Below, one piece after another: positions 11,833 to 24,269 of a stretch of DNA of 40,760 bases (within the stretch, counting starts at the first letter, position 1; every line of letters starts with the position of its first letter). The translations under genes and the position numbers were made by a program. The notes under the pieces were generated by a model, which worked only from the letters and a program-made list of their open reading frames with translations, was not told the DNA's origin and did not search any database. The stretch is from Chiloscyllium plagiosum (Eukaryota), in NCBI RefSeq assembly GCF_004010195.1, contig NC_057758.1, positions 4,590,174-4,630,933 on the forward strand. Reading direction: 5' to 3'.

Positions 11833-12686
11833 AGCTCCACCATTTTGCATTAGGTTTTTTTTTGTTTATTGTCCACCAAATATAATGCGACTATTTGGTG
11901 GCCGATAGACAACGCCTATGACTGACGTTTATCTTAGAATTTCGTATTTCCAAACAAGTGGATGAAACCTTCCTCTCTATAGAACCTAGATAATCTCTCA
12001 GCACCGCCCTTGCACATCAGATCTACACCATCTCCCTTGCTTCTGTCGTTTTAAATCATTTGATCACGTGGATATTGAACACGCAGTCGTGACCATCCTG
12101 CAACCATGTCTGTGTAATGGCTACTAAATCATCTTCCCTCATGGTGATTCGTGCTGTTAATTCATCAACCTTGCTACGAATGCTACGACCATTAATCTAA
12201 ATTGCGTGCACACTTGCTACTTACCTTATTATTTACAACACTACATTCTAACGTTTTTCCTTTCCCTCCCCACCGACTCACTAGTGTAAAGTTCCAGTGA
12301 ACACCGTATTTATACCTTTCACAAGAACACTGGTTCAATATCGTTTCATTGGAGAACGTCTCTTCTGCCAATTACGCCCCCGGTTCCAATACTGATGCCA
12401 AGCCCACCTGAAATGGTACCTCGCTTTCCCACCTCGCTCCCTTAGCCACATATTACTTCCCTAATTTTCTTATCCCAAAACCAAGTTGGATGTGTCTCTG
12501 AAAGTAATCTAGAGATTATAACCCTGAAGGACGTGTTCCTTAATTTCTTTCCTCGTGCTTAATAATCCCCAAACAGCTCCTGCATCCTGACCTTTTCTCT
12601 GTTTTTTTTTGTCCCGACATAGACCACACTAACTGGATTCTCCCCTTCCAACTCCAGTATCCGATCAAGCCGGCCAGAGATGCCTT

Positions 12687-13058
12687 GCACGCTGGTGTCA
12701 GGCAGACAGCACATCATGCGGGACTCCCGGTATGCTTTCAAAGGAAACAATTTATTAACCCAATTGTAGATTCAACTATAATTAGCACTTGCCTTATTAC
12801 TCACCACTTTTGATGGCCTTCTGTAACATAGTGCAGTGGTTACCTGGGTCATCGCCCCCACAGCCCTTTTCCGCACGCTGGTGTCAGGCAGACAGCACAT
12901 CATGCGGGACTCCCAGTATGCTTTCAAAGGAAACAATTTATTAACCCAATTGTAGATTCAACTATAATAAGCACTTGCCTTATTACTCACCACTTTTGAT
13001 GGCCTTCTGTAACATAGTGCAGTGGTCACCTGGGTCATCGCCCCCACAGCCCTTTTCC
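12687..13058 (+). repeat. 186-bp tandem duplication inside CR1 ORF1 (12687-12872 / 12873-13058)
   Basis: gcacgctggtgtcaggcagacagc...cagcccttttcc twice, about three substitutions. Confidence 0.95.
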
Positions 13059-13721
13059 TCATCCACACAGGGAGAATGCATTTCATACCTGGTGGATAAG
13101 ATCAAAAGCTGAAGTTCCTCCATATTTCAAATCAAGATTACCCACATGCGTCACTTGCAATGACACTCTGTTGTCCTTGATCACGAACTGAATTTGAATT
13201 ACTTCATCTACCATGTGTGACTGCCTCTTGAAGCAAAGCTTCCAGATAACTTTCTCCCTTTAAGATGTGGCACAGTGTTTGAAGCTCAAATTCCAGATCA
13301 TCAATTCTGAGCCGGAGTTCCTCCAGCAAACAAAATTTCCTACAGATGTGGTCACTGCGATCAACCAGCTCCCACACCAATCACCTGGCCAGTCATCTCT
13401 ACTTAATTACTTTAATTATATAATTTTATGAGTTAAATAATTGTTCATACTTCCTTGCTAAACTCTTATTCAAATAATCAACTAATTGATAAATGAGAAA
13501 AGAAAACAAATGTAAATTTTAAACCGATCACACGGTGAAAGAAAATAGAAAAAGACAAGTTACCATATCAGTACACCACAGTCTTTTTGATGTGAGGGCG
13601 GGTGGGAGACACTACACATGCAGTGTCTCGTGTTCAACCATTGCCCAAATTTAGCTGTTACCTTCGCAACATCGCCGGTCCTCGCCCTTTCCACTCCAGC
13701 TGCTGCAACAAAATGAGGTCC

Positions 13722-14010
13722 TGTTCACTGCAGAGCTCCCGTACTGAACTAATACCTCGACCGTGTTTGTAGAACAAGGCAATAGTGTGGAATGCACAGC
13801 TCCCATGCTGGAAGGACCGTTTCCTCCAGGTTTGTAAGTAAATGCACAGGTAAGATCTGCACAGCTCCTCATGTTGGACAGAGAAGCAGTAGACTGGTGA
13901 GCACAGCACAGTATTCCATTCTGGACAGATTGGTGGATTGTGTTAGGCCTGTGCTGCACAGTACTCCAGAGTGAACAGATACCTCATCTGGGATCATAGG
14001 TTTGCGAGCT
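13722..14010 (+). repeat. Degenerate copies (~4-5) of the 65-bp satellite
   Basis: tgcacagctcccatgctggaagga, gatctgcacagctcctcatgttggacaga, ctggacagat, tgcacagtactccagagtgaacagata match the 30.7-36.1 kb unit. Confidence 0.75.
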
Positions 14011-14160
14011 GGATCTGTGCGTCGGATTGAGTGTCCTGTGTAACTCCTGCTATAACTATCACCATTCCAGCTCGGCCCATTCTATTCTTAAAACTGGTAT
14101 TCCTGCAACATGTTGTCTATTAAGTAATTAACCAATTAAAACGTAAATATCCGTCCATTT

Positions 14161-14709
14161 TGTTATGGGCCAGGTAGACCCCCTCAAAGTACATGGAGAC
14201 GGTAGCCTTGACCCGAACGTTTTCTTATCTTAAAGGCGAGGTGGTCTGTTTTAAATACAATTCACTTGGTCAACATATTTGACATGAAGCAAAGGACAAT
14301 TTATTAAAACACTGCAGATAAACACAACGACAGCAACATGAACTTGGAATATCTTAATCCTACTGAAAAACTTAACAGAATAACAGGTTATTTAACGACT
14401 AAACAGTAACAGCTCCATTATGGCAACATCGCATAAACACACACTTGGCAAAAATCAAANNNNNNNNNNNNNNNNNNNNNNNNNNNNNNNNNNNNNNNNN
14501 NNNNNNNNNNNNNNNNNNNNNNNNNNNNNNNNNNNNNNNNNNNNNNNNNNNNNNNNNNNNNNNNNNNNNNNNNNNNNNNNNNNNNNNNNNNNNNNNNNNN
14601 NNNNNNNNNNNNNNNNNNNNNNNNNNNNNNNNNNNNNNNNNNNNNNNNNNNNNNNNNNNNTTTTGTGTTAAGTAACTGTGATTGAGGTCAGTCTCCATGG
14701 ACCATAACT
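14161..14709. mobile_element. Probable solo LTR spanning a gap
   Basis: Starts tgttatgg, ends ccataac(t)a (terminal inverted match); tttatt inside; no clear TSD. Confidence 0.45.
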
Positions 14710-14840
14710 ATATCACAGGATGGTTACGTTTTCTATTAAAAGGACTTTCCATTTACCTGTTATCACACAGTATCAGTGGCAGCATTATTCTCGACAGGAT
14801 TGGCCTCAGCAGCTACAGACAGAGGGAGATCGAAGTGATT

Positions 14841-15091
14841 CTTAGAACAATAGACTGGAATGATCCAAAAATGGATGAGAATTTGATTACATTAGACTGG
14901 AATGTTCCAACAATGACCTCAATCCGAGAACATTCGACTGGAATGTTCCAACCATGGATCATAATTTGAGAACAATCGACTGGAATGTTCTAACATTGGA
15001 CCAGATTCTGAGAATATTAGAATGGAATCTTTCAACAAAGGATCAGTATCATAGAATAACAGAGTGGAATGGTCCAATATTGGACAGGAGC
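14841..15091 (+). repeat. 42-bp minisatellite, 6 units (one is 41 bp), reading as a 14-aa repeat
   Basis: Units start at 14841, 14883, 14924, 14966, 15008, 15050; TGGAAT invariant in all six. Confidence 0.9.
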
Positions 15092-15462
15092 TTATCCTTG
15101 CGTCTTTTCTATCTTTCTCAGGAGGGGCCATGGTTACAGTTGTGGATATGAGCCGTACTAAGGATTATTTAGGCGGATTACTATCCCATCCTTGCTAGTG
15201 GTGGTGTTCCTCGTAAGCCTACCTCTGAAAACTTTATAAACGAATGTGAAGATTATTGCTAGTTCTGTTATTTATATTAAGCAAACACACACAATTTTCT
15301 CTGTATTTATAGTCACAAACTAAAATGGACGAAGTGTAACTTCAGACCCACAACAATGTGATTGGTTCCTTATTTGCTTGGCAACTGGACTCACAGTAAA
15401 GGGCAAATGTCACACTTGCCAGTGATGGTGACATCCCGTGAAATAACTATTTTAAAGGTGAA

Positions 15463-15600
15463 ATAAACCAAGGAACAGTGTATGTTGGGAGATCTGAAAC
15501 AAAAATCCATGGTCTGAAAGTCTTGGAGAATCTCAGCAGGTATTTTCGAATTCAGTGACTCTGTCTCAAAACTGAAAGCAACTCGGAATTCGTTTTATTT
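15463..15600. mobile_element. Old Penelope-terminus-related short repeat
   Basis: aaaccaaggaacagtgtatgttgggagatctgaaacaaaaa...ttggagaatctcagcaggt resembles gcagatgctggagatcagag...gctggaaaagcgcagcaggt at 3700-3755. Confidence 0.4.
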
Positions 15601-15666
15601 ATAATATTATATAGCATTGGAAGGGTGAGGAGAAGTTTGAGTTGAATAGATGGAGAAATGTCCAGC

Positions 15667-15732
15667 AAGAGAGAGACAGATGGAAGGAGAGAGAGAAGAG
15701 AGAGAGAGAAAAAACTAAGAGAGAGAGAGATA
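15667..15732. repeat. GA-rich microsatellite
   Basis: Direct read. Confidence 0.85.
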
Positions 15733-16699
15733 GGAAAAGCATGCAAAAGCTAACAAAGAACTGAAGGAAAATAGATTGCGAAGTTATTGTAACATTTCAG
15801 ACTTTCCCATGAATCTGAATTTCACGTCCATTTCGTTATGTAAATGTTTAATTTTACTTATGTTCCCTCTGACTCTCCTCTGAGTGTCGTGATAAACTCA
15901 TCAGTACTGGTGCTGCTGTTACAGTTGCTGTGCTACAGAGAAAAGTAATGATGCCTTGTCAACTGCTACTTCGGAGAGAGGAACGTTTACTGTGGGACAG
16001 TTGTAAAGATGCAAAGGCTTTCTCAGCCAGGAAAAGAAACTGAGGAGAGGAAGACATTTTCAATACTGAATGGGTGCACCATGTGTGTGGGGAATTGACT
16101 TGCTCTTGTCGTGGCAAAGTCAGTGGAAGCTCTGCGAATGGTTTTCTCGGGTTTGTGTTGTCAACTGCAACGGTCATTCAGGGAGACTGAGGTTGGTGTC
16201 CCCAGACTGGATACAGCACTTACAATGCATCTCGGGCCATGGTAAACAAATGGAGCTGAAACTACAAAGAATGGAATCTTTGTAAACAGGGAGGATCAGG
16301 GCACAACACTTTTCTCTCTGACATTTTGTCTAAGCTGGACCAATTGAAAGTGTAAAGTGTGAGACCAGTTTTTACAAAATGAGATCGGCACTGAGCTGTG
16401 ATCCCTCCTTTATTATAAACTGTGGCCTTTCACCATGTACAGAACGGTGTTGACACTCAGAATAAAGTGAACTGTTTCAGTGCTTGAGCTTTCTAGACAG
16501 GAATGGATAATATATCCATCGTGTGTGGAGTGCAATCCTTGGATACATTCCCTGTTTGAAATAAGCCATCTGCCTGCAGAGCGTAATACATTGATTCCAT
16601 TTCCACAGGGTAAGGTAGAAGAAAAAACATCTGGAAATGCTGGAAAACAGAGTGACTTGTGAAAATAGTGACCTGCAGGATATTAGAATGAATGAAGAG

Positions 16700-17720
16700 T
16701 TTTTTTTTAAAATCTAATTGTATTAAAGCTTGGTAAGTAGCTGAATTTGATAAGCAACATCCCAGAGTATTGATGAGGTGGCAATAGAGCTAAACAAACA
16801 ATTACTGATTATTCTTCAAACAGGTTAGATTATGGAAAGGATGCTGCAGACTGGAAAGCAGCTCTTGTGAACCCGAATATTCAAAATAGAATGGAGAGGG
16901 AAACAGAACAGTCAACAGTGGATAGCTTGATGTTGGCTGTGAGAAAAACTTTGGAACTTTTTTTTGGAATGTGACAACTGCACACTTGGAGAATAATGAC
17001 ATGTTAGAGACGGCCTAATTTGAGTAAAGGGAGATGATCTTTGTTAAACCTGCTGCAGTTTATGGAGATTGTACGTTATGACATCGGTAATGGAGAACCA
17101 GTGGGAGAGGGGTATTTGAATTTTCAGAAGACATTTGACATGATTGAATACAGATGAGTGAAGAATATTCGAGTCCATGAGTATGTAGCGGTGGAATATG
17201 CCGAATGGATAAAAAATTGGGTTTTGGACAGCATTAAGAGAATTGTGTTTTTCTCTGGATGGAAGGCTTGTGTGGTAGCAGATGCATCAGTGCTTTGGCA
17301 ATAGTTGATCGCAAGATATAAAAATGATTCAGATGTGCACAACAAACAGCATTATTGAGAGTTATGTGTATTAAATGGTGAGTGTTTGAGAAGTGTTTTT
17401 GCCAGTTAGGACCTGTATGTCCGTCTCATAAGACATTGATAGAATTCATTCGTGGCAGCACATAATTAGGGCTCCGAATAATATGTGGTCCTTCATGCAA
17501 AGTGATTGAAGTACCAGAGTAAACATATCTTTCTTAATTGTATTGTTTTGTTGAGAGAGTATTTGGGGTATTATGAACCGATTTGGTCTGTTTTATAAAT
17601 AATGGTCTTCTTGTCAACAAGAAGTGCAAAGGAGTTTCACCAGACTATATTCTGGCATGATGACACCATGAGGTGAAAGTAAAGAAACTATCTGTTTTAT
17701 CTGTAGCTCAGTGAGAGAAT
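16700..17720 (+). mobile_element. Highly decayed CR1 ORF2 (RT) fragment
   Basis: Residual motifs: tatttgaattttcagaagacatttgacatg (YLDFQKAFD-like), ggataaaaaattgg (WIxNW), ggagtttcaccagact..tctggcatg (RRFTRL.PGM). Confidence 0.7.
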
Positions 17721-18779
17721 GAGAAATTGAAAATTAATGATTAAACATGCACACACATTATGTCCCAAGCAGCCACAATAAAGTGATAAATTCCGTACTT
17801 TCCGTAGGATGCTCGATTAACTCTTATTTGGGTGCCTACGCAGAGCCCCCATATCTTTTTGAGAGAATTACAGGCTCTGGATGAACTCTGAACACTTTAA
17901 TGCACAGTGACTGTGTGACCTTGCATTGGATGACACGTTCAGAAACCAGTCAGCAGCCACGATACCTTCACGTTGAAACAGCTTGACATGCCACAGCAGT
18001 TTCTACCCTCGAGAGGGAACATGAGTCTGTTCTCTCAGAGAAGAAAGAAGTCTATGAGACTCGTTTAAAAAAAGTGGCTTCGTGAAAATAAAACATGTTA
18101 AAGTAACACGACTGTGCAGTGAACAATAAAGCCACGTGGAAGAACATCGAGCAGAGTATCTGTGCAGGTCCTGCTCAATATTTTTGCGATATTGGAACAT
18201 TTTCCTGTCCTTGTGTCCGTGAATTGAAACCTGATTGCCCGCTTCCTGTTCCTTTGTAAGTGACTCCAGTGAAATGTAAAATTGTTTGTTTCTGATCCAG
18301 TATTAATGGTGCATGGGAGCGAGCAGTCTCTCTGTTTCCCTGTGTAACAGACAGGAGGGACTGAACGTGCTATCCGTCTTCTTGACCAGTAGGTTTGCTG
18401 GGCTGAATGACTTTCCCACATTCTTATGAAACCAGGTTGAGTTGCCGAATGATCTGAACATTTTAGTTTGGAAATAAGCAGTGTCTAACAACGCTGAAAC
18501 ATGAATGTTACTGAGACACGAACAGCACAAGCTGAATGTTGCCGAGTTCTTGATAGACATGGACACGGATGCTTCTGTAACTGAGGGGTGACAAATTATT
18601 CTGAACATTGTGTGACCTGCATGAACATCCCGACTTCTAATCGGTGTGGACTCAATGGTCTGAATGGCCTGCTGCCAGACTGTAAGGATTCCGTGTTGAC
18701 AAACTGGAGGATCTTGGACTGAGGAAGCTACCCAATGATCACCTGCAGAGATGTCCCAAGGCTGAGGTCAAAGATTTCC

Positions 18780-19395
18780 GCCCATGATAACCTTCTGCCA
18801 TAGTGCTATGAAAGACTTCACGCAGTGGGGAGTTTGCAATCGATTCTCATGAGGTGCAAATGTGTTCAGGCTGCTTGATGTCGTACTTAGTCAAATTCTG
18901 CCTTCATATCAGGCCAGCCACTTTTCCCTGATCCCTTGTATTCACCTGTGTTGCTCTTATTAGTAGATCATGATGTAGGAGCAGGGAGTGTTTTCTTCAA
19001 ACAGTGGGTAGTGAATGTCAGGAATTATATTTTGCAGACAGGTATGCGAGCTAGATTATTGAAATATCACTGAGTGGTCTTCCCCATTTCAGGTGATAGC
19101 AGTAAGTGGTTCACAAATGTTCCTGTCCAATAGATTTGAGAGTCTGAATGGTACACAGAAAGAGAGGACTGAGATGTAGGAGTGATCATCAGACGCTTTG
19201 CGCCTTCTGCATCAGGCACAGAGTTTGGAACAGGCACAGGTTGCGGTTTCAGACCCACTTTCCAGTCTGTAACGCATTATCCTTGACTCACTTCTCTGTC
19301 AAAAGTTTAACAAACTCTATATGAATAAGTGTATTCAGAGAGGCACCACAAACGTTTGGTATTGAGAATTACACTCGAAAGGTCCTTTTAGAATA
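18780..19395. mobile_element. Patchwork of ancient LINE fragments, paralogous to 36150-37200
   Basis: Minus-strand LDIKxxFD-type RT piece (18790-18940), plus-strand CR1 3' piece, then a minus-strand CR1 tail, in the same order as 36150-37200. Confidence 0.6.
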
Positions 19396-19398
19396 TTC

Positions 19399-22300
19399 AC
19401 AGCAGAGAGCGGCGGGAGATGGGCGGAAGTGAAGTTGGAGCACAGAGCTAGTCGGGAAGGTAAGTGATTGATATTAAAGAACTTACCTCGACGCCAACGG
19501 TCTTTCAACAGCAGAGAGCGGCGCGAGCTGGGCGGAAGTGAAGTTGGAGCGCAGAGCTAGTCGGGAAGGTAAGTGACTGATATTTGACTGAGTGTGCTCG
19601 AGACCCCAGGCCCTACATAGTAGGGCCTCCCTCCCATCCTCCTCCTCTAACCTAACTTTAAAGCTCACAGGTAAACTACTCAGTGTTCTTGTTTTGGAGA
19701 CGAAGTGTAGATTAATGGCAGCGCAGGCAGTGGAATGTTCCCCTGAAGGATGTTTGAGGTAGGGGTGACCACCGATACTCCTGCCGACTTCATCTGCAGG
19801 AAATGCAGTCAGATCCTGCTCCTCACAGAACGAGTTAGGGAACTGGAACTGGAGTTGGATGAACTGAGGATAATTCGAGAGGCTGAGAGGGTGATAGATA
19901 AAAGCTACAGGGACAGAGAACAGAGGTAGCTGGGTAACAGTTAGAGGTGGGAAGGGGAGGAAGCAGGCANNNNNNNNNNNNNNNNNNNNNNNNNNNNNNN
20001 NNNNNNNNNNNNNNNNNNNNNNNNNNNNNNNNNNNNNNNNNNNNNNNNNNNNNNNNNNNNNNNNNNNNNNNNNNNNNNNNNNNNNNNNNNNNNNNNNNNN
20101 NNNNNNNNNNNNNNNNNNNNNNNNNNNNNNNNNNNNNNNNNNNNNNNNNNNNNNNNNNNNNNNNNNNNNNNNNNNNNNNNNNNNNNNNNNNNNNNNNNNN
20201 NNNNNNNNNNNNNNNNNNNNNNNNNNNNNNNNNNNNNNNNNNNNNNNNNNNNNNNNNNNNNNNNNNNNNNNNNNNNNNNNNNNNNNNNNNNNNNNNNNNN
20301 NNNNNNNNNNNNNNNNNNNNNNNNNNNNNNNNNNNNNNNNNNNNNNNNNNNNNNNNNNNNNNNNNNNNNNNNNNNNNNNNNNNNNNNNNNNNNNNNNNNN
20401 NNNNNNNNNNNNNNNNNNNNNNNNNNNNNNNNNNNNNNNNNNNNNNNNNNNNNNNNNNNNNNNNNNNNNNNNNNNNNNNNNNNNNNNNNNNNNNNNNNNN
20501 NNNNNNNNNNNNNNNNNNNNNNNNNNNNNNNNNNNNNNNNNNNNNNNNNNNNNNNNNNNNNNNNNNNNNNNNNNNNNNNNNNNNNNNNNNNNNNNNNNNN
20601 NNNNNNNNNNNNNNNNNNNNNNNNNNNNNNNNNNNNNNNNNNNNNNNNNNNNNNNNNNNNNNNNNNNNNNNNNNNNNNNNNNNNNNNNTGGATAGAAGAG
20701 GGACAGGAATGGTTGTTGGAGGTTCCTGGTTACAGATGTTTCAGTAACATTAGGGAGGGTGGTAATAAAGGAGGGGTGGCCATGCTAATTAGAAATGGTG
20801 TAACGGCTGCAGAAAGGCAGTTCGAGGGGGATCTGCCTTTGCAGGTATTATGGGCTGAAGTCAGAAATAGGAAAGGTGAAGTCACCTTGTTGGGTGTTTA
20901 CTATAGGCCCCCCAATAGCAGCACAGATCTGGAGAAACAGATTGGGAAACAGATTTTGGAAAGGTGCAGAAGCCACAGGGTAGTAGTCATGGATGATTTC
21001 AACTTCCCAAACATTGATTGGAAGCTCTATAGATCAAGTAGATTGGATGAGGCGGTGTTTGTGCAGTGTGTACAGGAAGCTTTTTAACTCAGTATGTAGA
21101 TTGCCCGACCCGAGGGGAGGCCATATTGGATTTGGTACTTGGTAACGAACCGGGACAAGTGATGGGCTTGTTAGAGGGTGAACATTTTGGTGATGGTGAC
21201 TTTCACCTTGGTTATGGAGAGAGATAGGTGCGTGCAACAGGGTAGGTTTTACATTTGGGGAAATGGTAAATACATGGAAATGTGGAACTTTTTCAAGGAA
21301 CAGATACGACGTGTCCTTGATATGTATGTACCTGTCAGGTAGGAAAGAGATGGTTTTGTGAGGGAACCTTGATTGACGAGGGAGGTTGAATGTCTTGTAA
21401 AGAGGAAGAAGGGGGCTTATATAAGGTTGAGGAAACAAGGTTCAGACAGAGCATTGGAGGGATACCGGATTTCCAGAAGGGAGCTGAAGAAAGGGATAAG
21501 GAGAGCTAAGAGAGGGCATGAAAAATCTTTGGCGGATAGGATCAACGATAACCCCAAGGCATTTTATGCGTATGTGAGAAACTTGAGAATGACGAGACCG
21601 AGGGTAGGTCCGATCAAGGACAGTAGTGGGAGACTGTGTATTGAGTCGGAAGAGATAGGAGAGGTCTTGAATGAGTACGTTTCTTCAGTATTTACAAACG
21701 AGAGTGACCGTATAGTTGAAGAGGAAAGTGTGAAACAGACTGGTAAGCTAGAGGAGATACTTGTTAGGAAGGAAGATGTGTTGGGCATTTTGAACAATTG
21801 AGGATAGACAAGGCCCCCCGGGCCTGACGGGATATATCCTCGGATTATGTGGGAAGCAAGAGATGAAATTGCAGAGCCGTTGGCAATGATCGTTTCGTCT
21901 TCAATGTCAACGGGGTGATACCAGGGGACTGGAGAGTGGCGAATGTTGTGCCCCTGTTCAAAAAAGGGAATAGGGATAACCCCGGGAATTGCAGGCCAGT
22001 TAGTGGTAGGCAAATTAATGGAAAGGGTACTGAGGGATAGGATTTATGATTATCTGGAAAGATACTGCTTGATTAGGGACAGCCAGCACCGAGTTGTGAA
22101 GGGTAGGTCTTGCCTTACAAGTCTTATTGAATTCTTTGAGGAGGTGACCAAGCATGGGAATGAGGGTAGAGCAGTAGATGTAGTATACATGGATTTTAGT
22201 AAGGCAATTGATAATGTTCCCAATGGTCGACTTATGCAGAAAGTCAGGAGGCATGGGATAGAGGGAAATCTGGCCAGTTGGTTAGAAAACTGGCTAACCG

Positions 22301-23337
22301 GTCGAAGTCAGAGAGTGTTGGTCGATGGTAAATATTCAACCTGGAGCCCAGTTACAAGTGGAGCCCCGCAGGGATCAGTTCTGGGTCCTCTGCTGTTTGT
22401 AATTTTTATTAATGACTTGGAAGAGGGAGTCGAAAGGTGGGTCAGTAAATTTGCCGATGATACGAAGATTGGTGGAGTTGTGGATCATGAGGAGGGCTGT
22501 TGTCGGCTGCAAAGGGACTTAGATATGATGCAGAGCTGGGCTGGGTAGTGGCAGATGGAGTTCAACCCTACCAAGTGTGAGGTTGTCCATTTTGGAAGGA
22601 CAAATAAGAATGCGGAATACAGGGTTAACGGTAGGGTTCTTAGTAAGGTGGAGGAGCAGAGGGATCTTGGGGTCTATGTTCATAGATCTTTGAAAGTTGC
22701 CACTCAGGTGGATAGAGCTTGAAAGAAGTCCTATGGTGTATTAGCGTTCATTAGCAAAGGGATTGAATTCAAGAGTCGTGAAGTAATGTTGCAACTGTAC
22801 AGGACTTTGGTTAGGCCACATTTGGAGTACGGTGTGCAGTTCTGGTCGCCTCACTTTAGGAAAGATGTGGAAGCTTTGGAGAGGGTGCAGAGAAGATTTA
22901 CCAGGATGTTGCCTGGAATGGAGAATAGGTCGTACGAGGATAGGTTGAGAGTGCTAGGCCTTTTCTCATTGGAACGGAGAAGGATGAGGGGTGACTTGAT
23001 AGAGGTTTATAAGATGATCAGGGGAATAGATAGAGTAGACAATCAGAAACTTTGTCCCCTGGTACAACAGAGTGTTACAAGGGGACATAAATTTAAGGTG
23101 AAGGATGGAAGGTATAGGGGAGATGTCAGGGGTAGGTTCTTTACCCAGACAGTGGTGGGGGCATGGAATGCGCTGCCTGTGGGAGTGGCAGAGTCAGAAT
23201 CATTGGCGAACTTTAATTGTCAATTGGATAGGTACATGGATGGGTGCTTCAGCTTGGACAAATGTTCGGCACAACATCGTGGGCCGAAGGGCCTGTTCTG
23301 TGCTGTATTGTTCTATGTTCTATGTTCTATGTTCTAT
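19399..23337 (+). mobile_element. Near full-length, decayed CR1 LINE (5' UTR, ORF1, ORF2 endonuclease + reverse transcriptase, 3' tail)
   Basis: ORF1 from ATG 19715 (Cys-rich ...FICRKC, coiled coil LTERVRELELELDELRII); ORF2 motifs [52 protein letters not shown]; (TTCTATG)n tail at ~23310-23337. Confidence 0.97.
20688..23250 (+). pseudogene. CR1 ORF2 (APE endonuclease-RT) broken by several stops and frameshifts
   Basis: Consecutive track ORFs 20713-21087, 21373-21801, 21943-22548, 22786-23403 are pieces of one polyprotein. Confidence 0.95.
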
Positions 23338-23355
23338 CCTCATATTTTTAAAGTG

Positions 23356-23800
23356 TCATACAGCACGGAAACTTGCCCAAATAGAACTGCCATTCCAATC
23401 TGAACTCGTCCCATGCGTCAGCATTAGACCGATATGCCACTACTTCTTTCTTACAGATAAGAACATCCAGATGCCTTTTAAATGTAGTAACTGTGCCAGC
23501 CTCCTACACTTTCTTTGACAGCTCATTCCACACTCTGTATGAAAGCTTTGTCCCTCAGGTCCCTTGTATATATTTTTCCCGCTCACTTAAACCTTTGCCT
23601 TTCAGTTTTGAACTCCCCTATCCAACGGAAAAAGTACCTTGGTTATTTAAACTGTTCATGCCCCTCATGATTCGGTAATCTTCCATAATGTCAGGGCGAT
23701 GTTCCAAGAGAAAAAAAGCCGCAGTCTGTCCAGCTTCTCCCTGGAGCTCAAAACCTCCAGTCCCAGCAATATCCTTGTGAATCTTTTCTACAAGACGCGC
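23356..23800 (-). mobile_element. 5'-truncated CR1 3' end
   Basis: gtcatacagcacggaaac tail; minus-strand ORF2 C-terminal wording (DYRIMRGMN). Confidence 0.8.
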
Positions 23801-24269
23801 CGTTTCCACTTGAACATCTTATTGAATGGCGAACCTGACGTATTAGAAAATTGATCTCCAGTCCATTCAGCCCCTTTTCCCAAATCATTAAATCTAGATT
23901 GCAAATTGTTGGCCACCTTGCACTGATCCATGAGGAAACCTATTAGTTGCAGCCTTCCAGCCTTAAAATAAGTATGCCTCCTCTCTATTTTCTGTTAGCT
24001 TACCGGGCTCCCCTGGATCTGTGTAGCAGCATAGGAAGCTTGCACGGCCTCCTCCTGTGTGGTGTGCCTCATTGTCAATGTATTTCTGAGCTCAGCAATA
24101 CTCTATCTGGGCCAATTGTTGCCCGAGGACGAGGGGGAGATTTCCTAATTACCTGATTAACATGTGTCCCTTTAAAAGCACAACCAACACGACCAACAAT
24201 TAATTTCATTTGTGGCTGTTGGTGCTGAGTTGAAAAATTCCTGCAATCACTACACATTAAAAAAAAAGA

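Larger units (their letters stand above)
10250..13720 (-). mobile_element. Internally deleted CR1 LINE running from the 3' tail to the 5' UTR (ORF2 pieces, ORF1 esterase region)
   Basis: 3' tail at 10250; FRTELRRSFFNQTVVNLWNSLP; endonuclease-like segment 11300-12200; ORF1 SGNH-esterase-like CCLPDTSVQGISGRLDRILELEGENPVSVVYVGT (12559-12750); possible tgttca TSD at both ends. Confidence 0.8.

Noticed and set aside
16400..16575. Minus-strand peptides GNVSKDCT and FILSVNTVLYMVKGHSL resembling class B GPCR ectodomain/TM1
   Set aside because: They are in different frames, end at stops, and have no further TM helices or expected exon structure; most likely coincidence.
17940..18620. ORFs of 65-107 aa and scattered splice-like signals in unique sequence
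   Set aside because: No recognisable domain and no consistent exon chain on either strand that I can support.
21034..22254. Minus-strand ORFs of 134, 149 and 79 aa
   Set aside because: Antisense shadows of CR1 ORF2.
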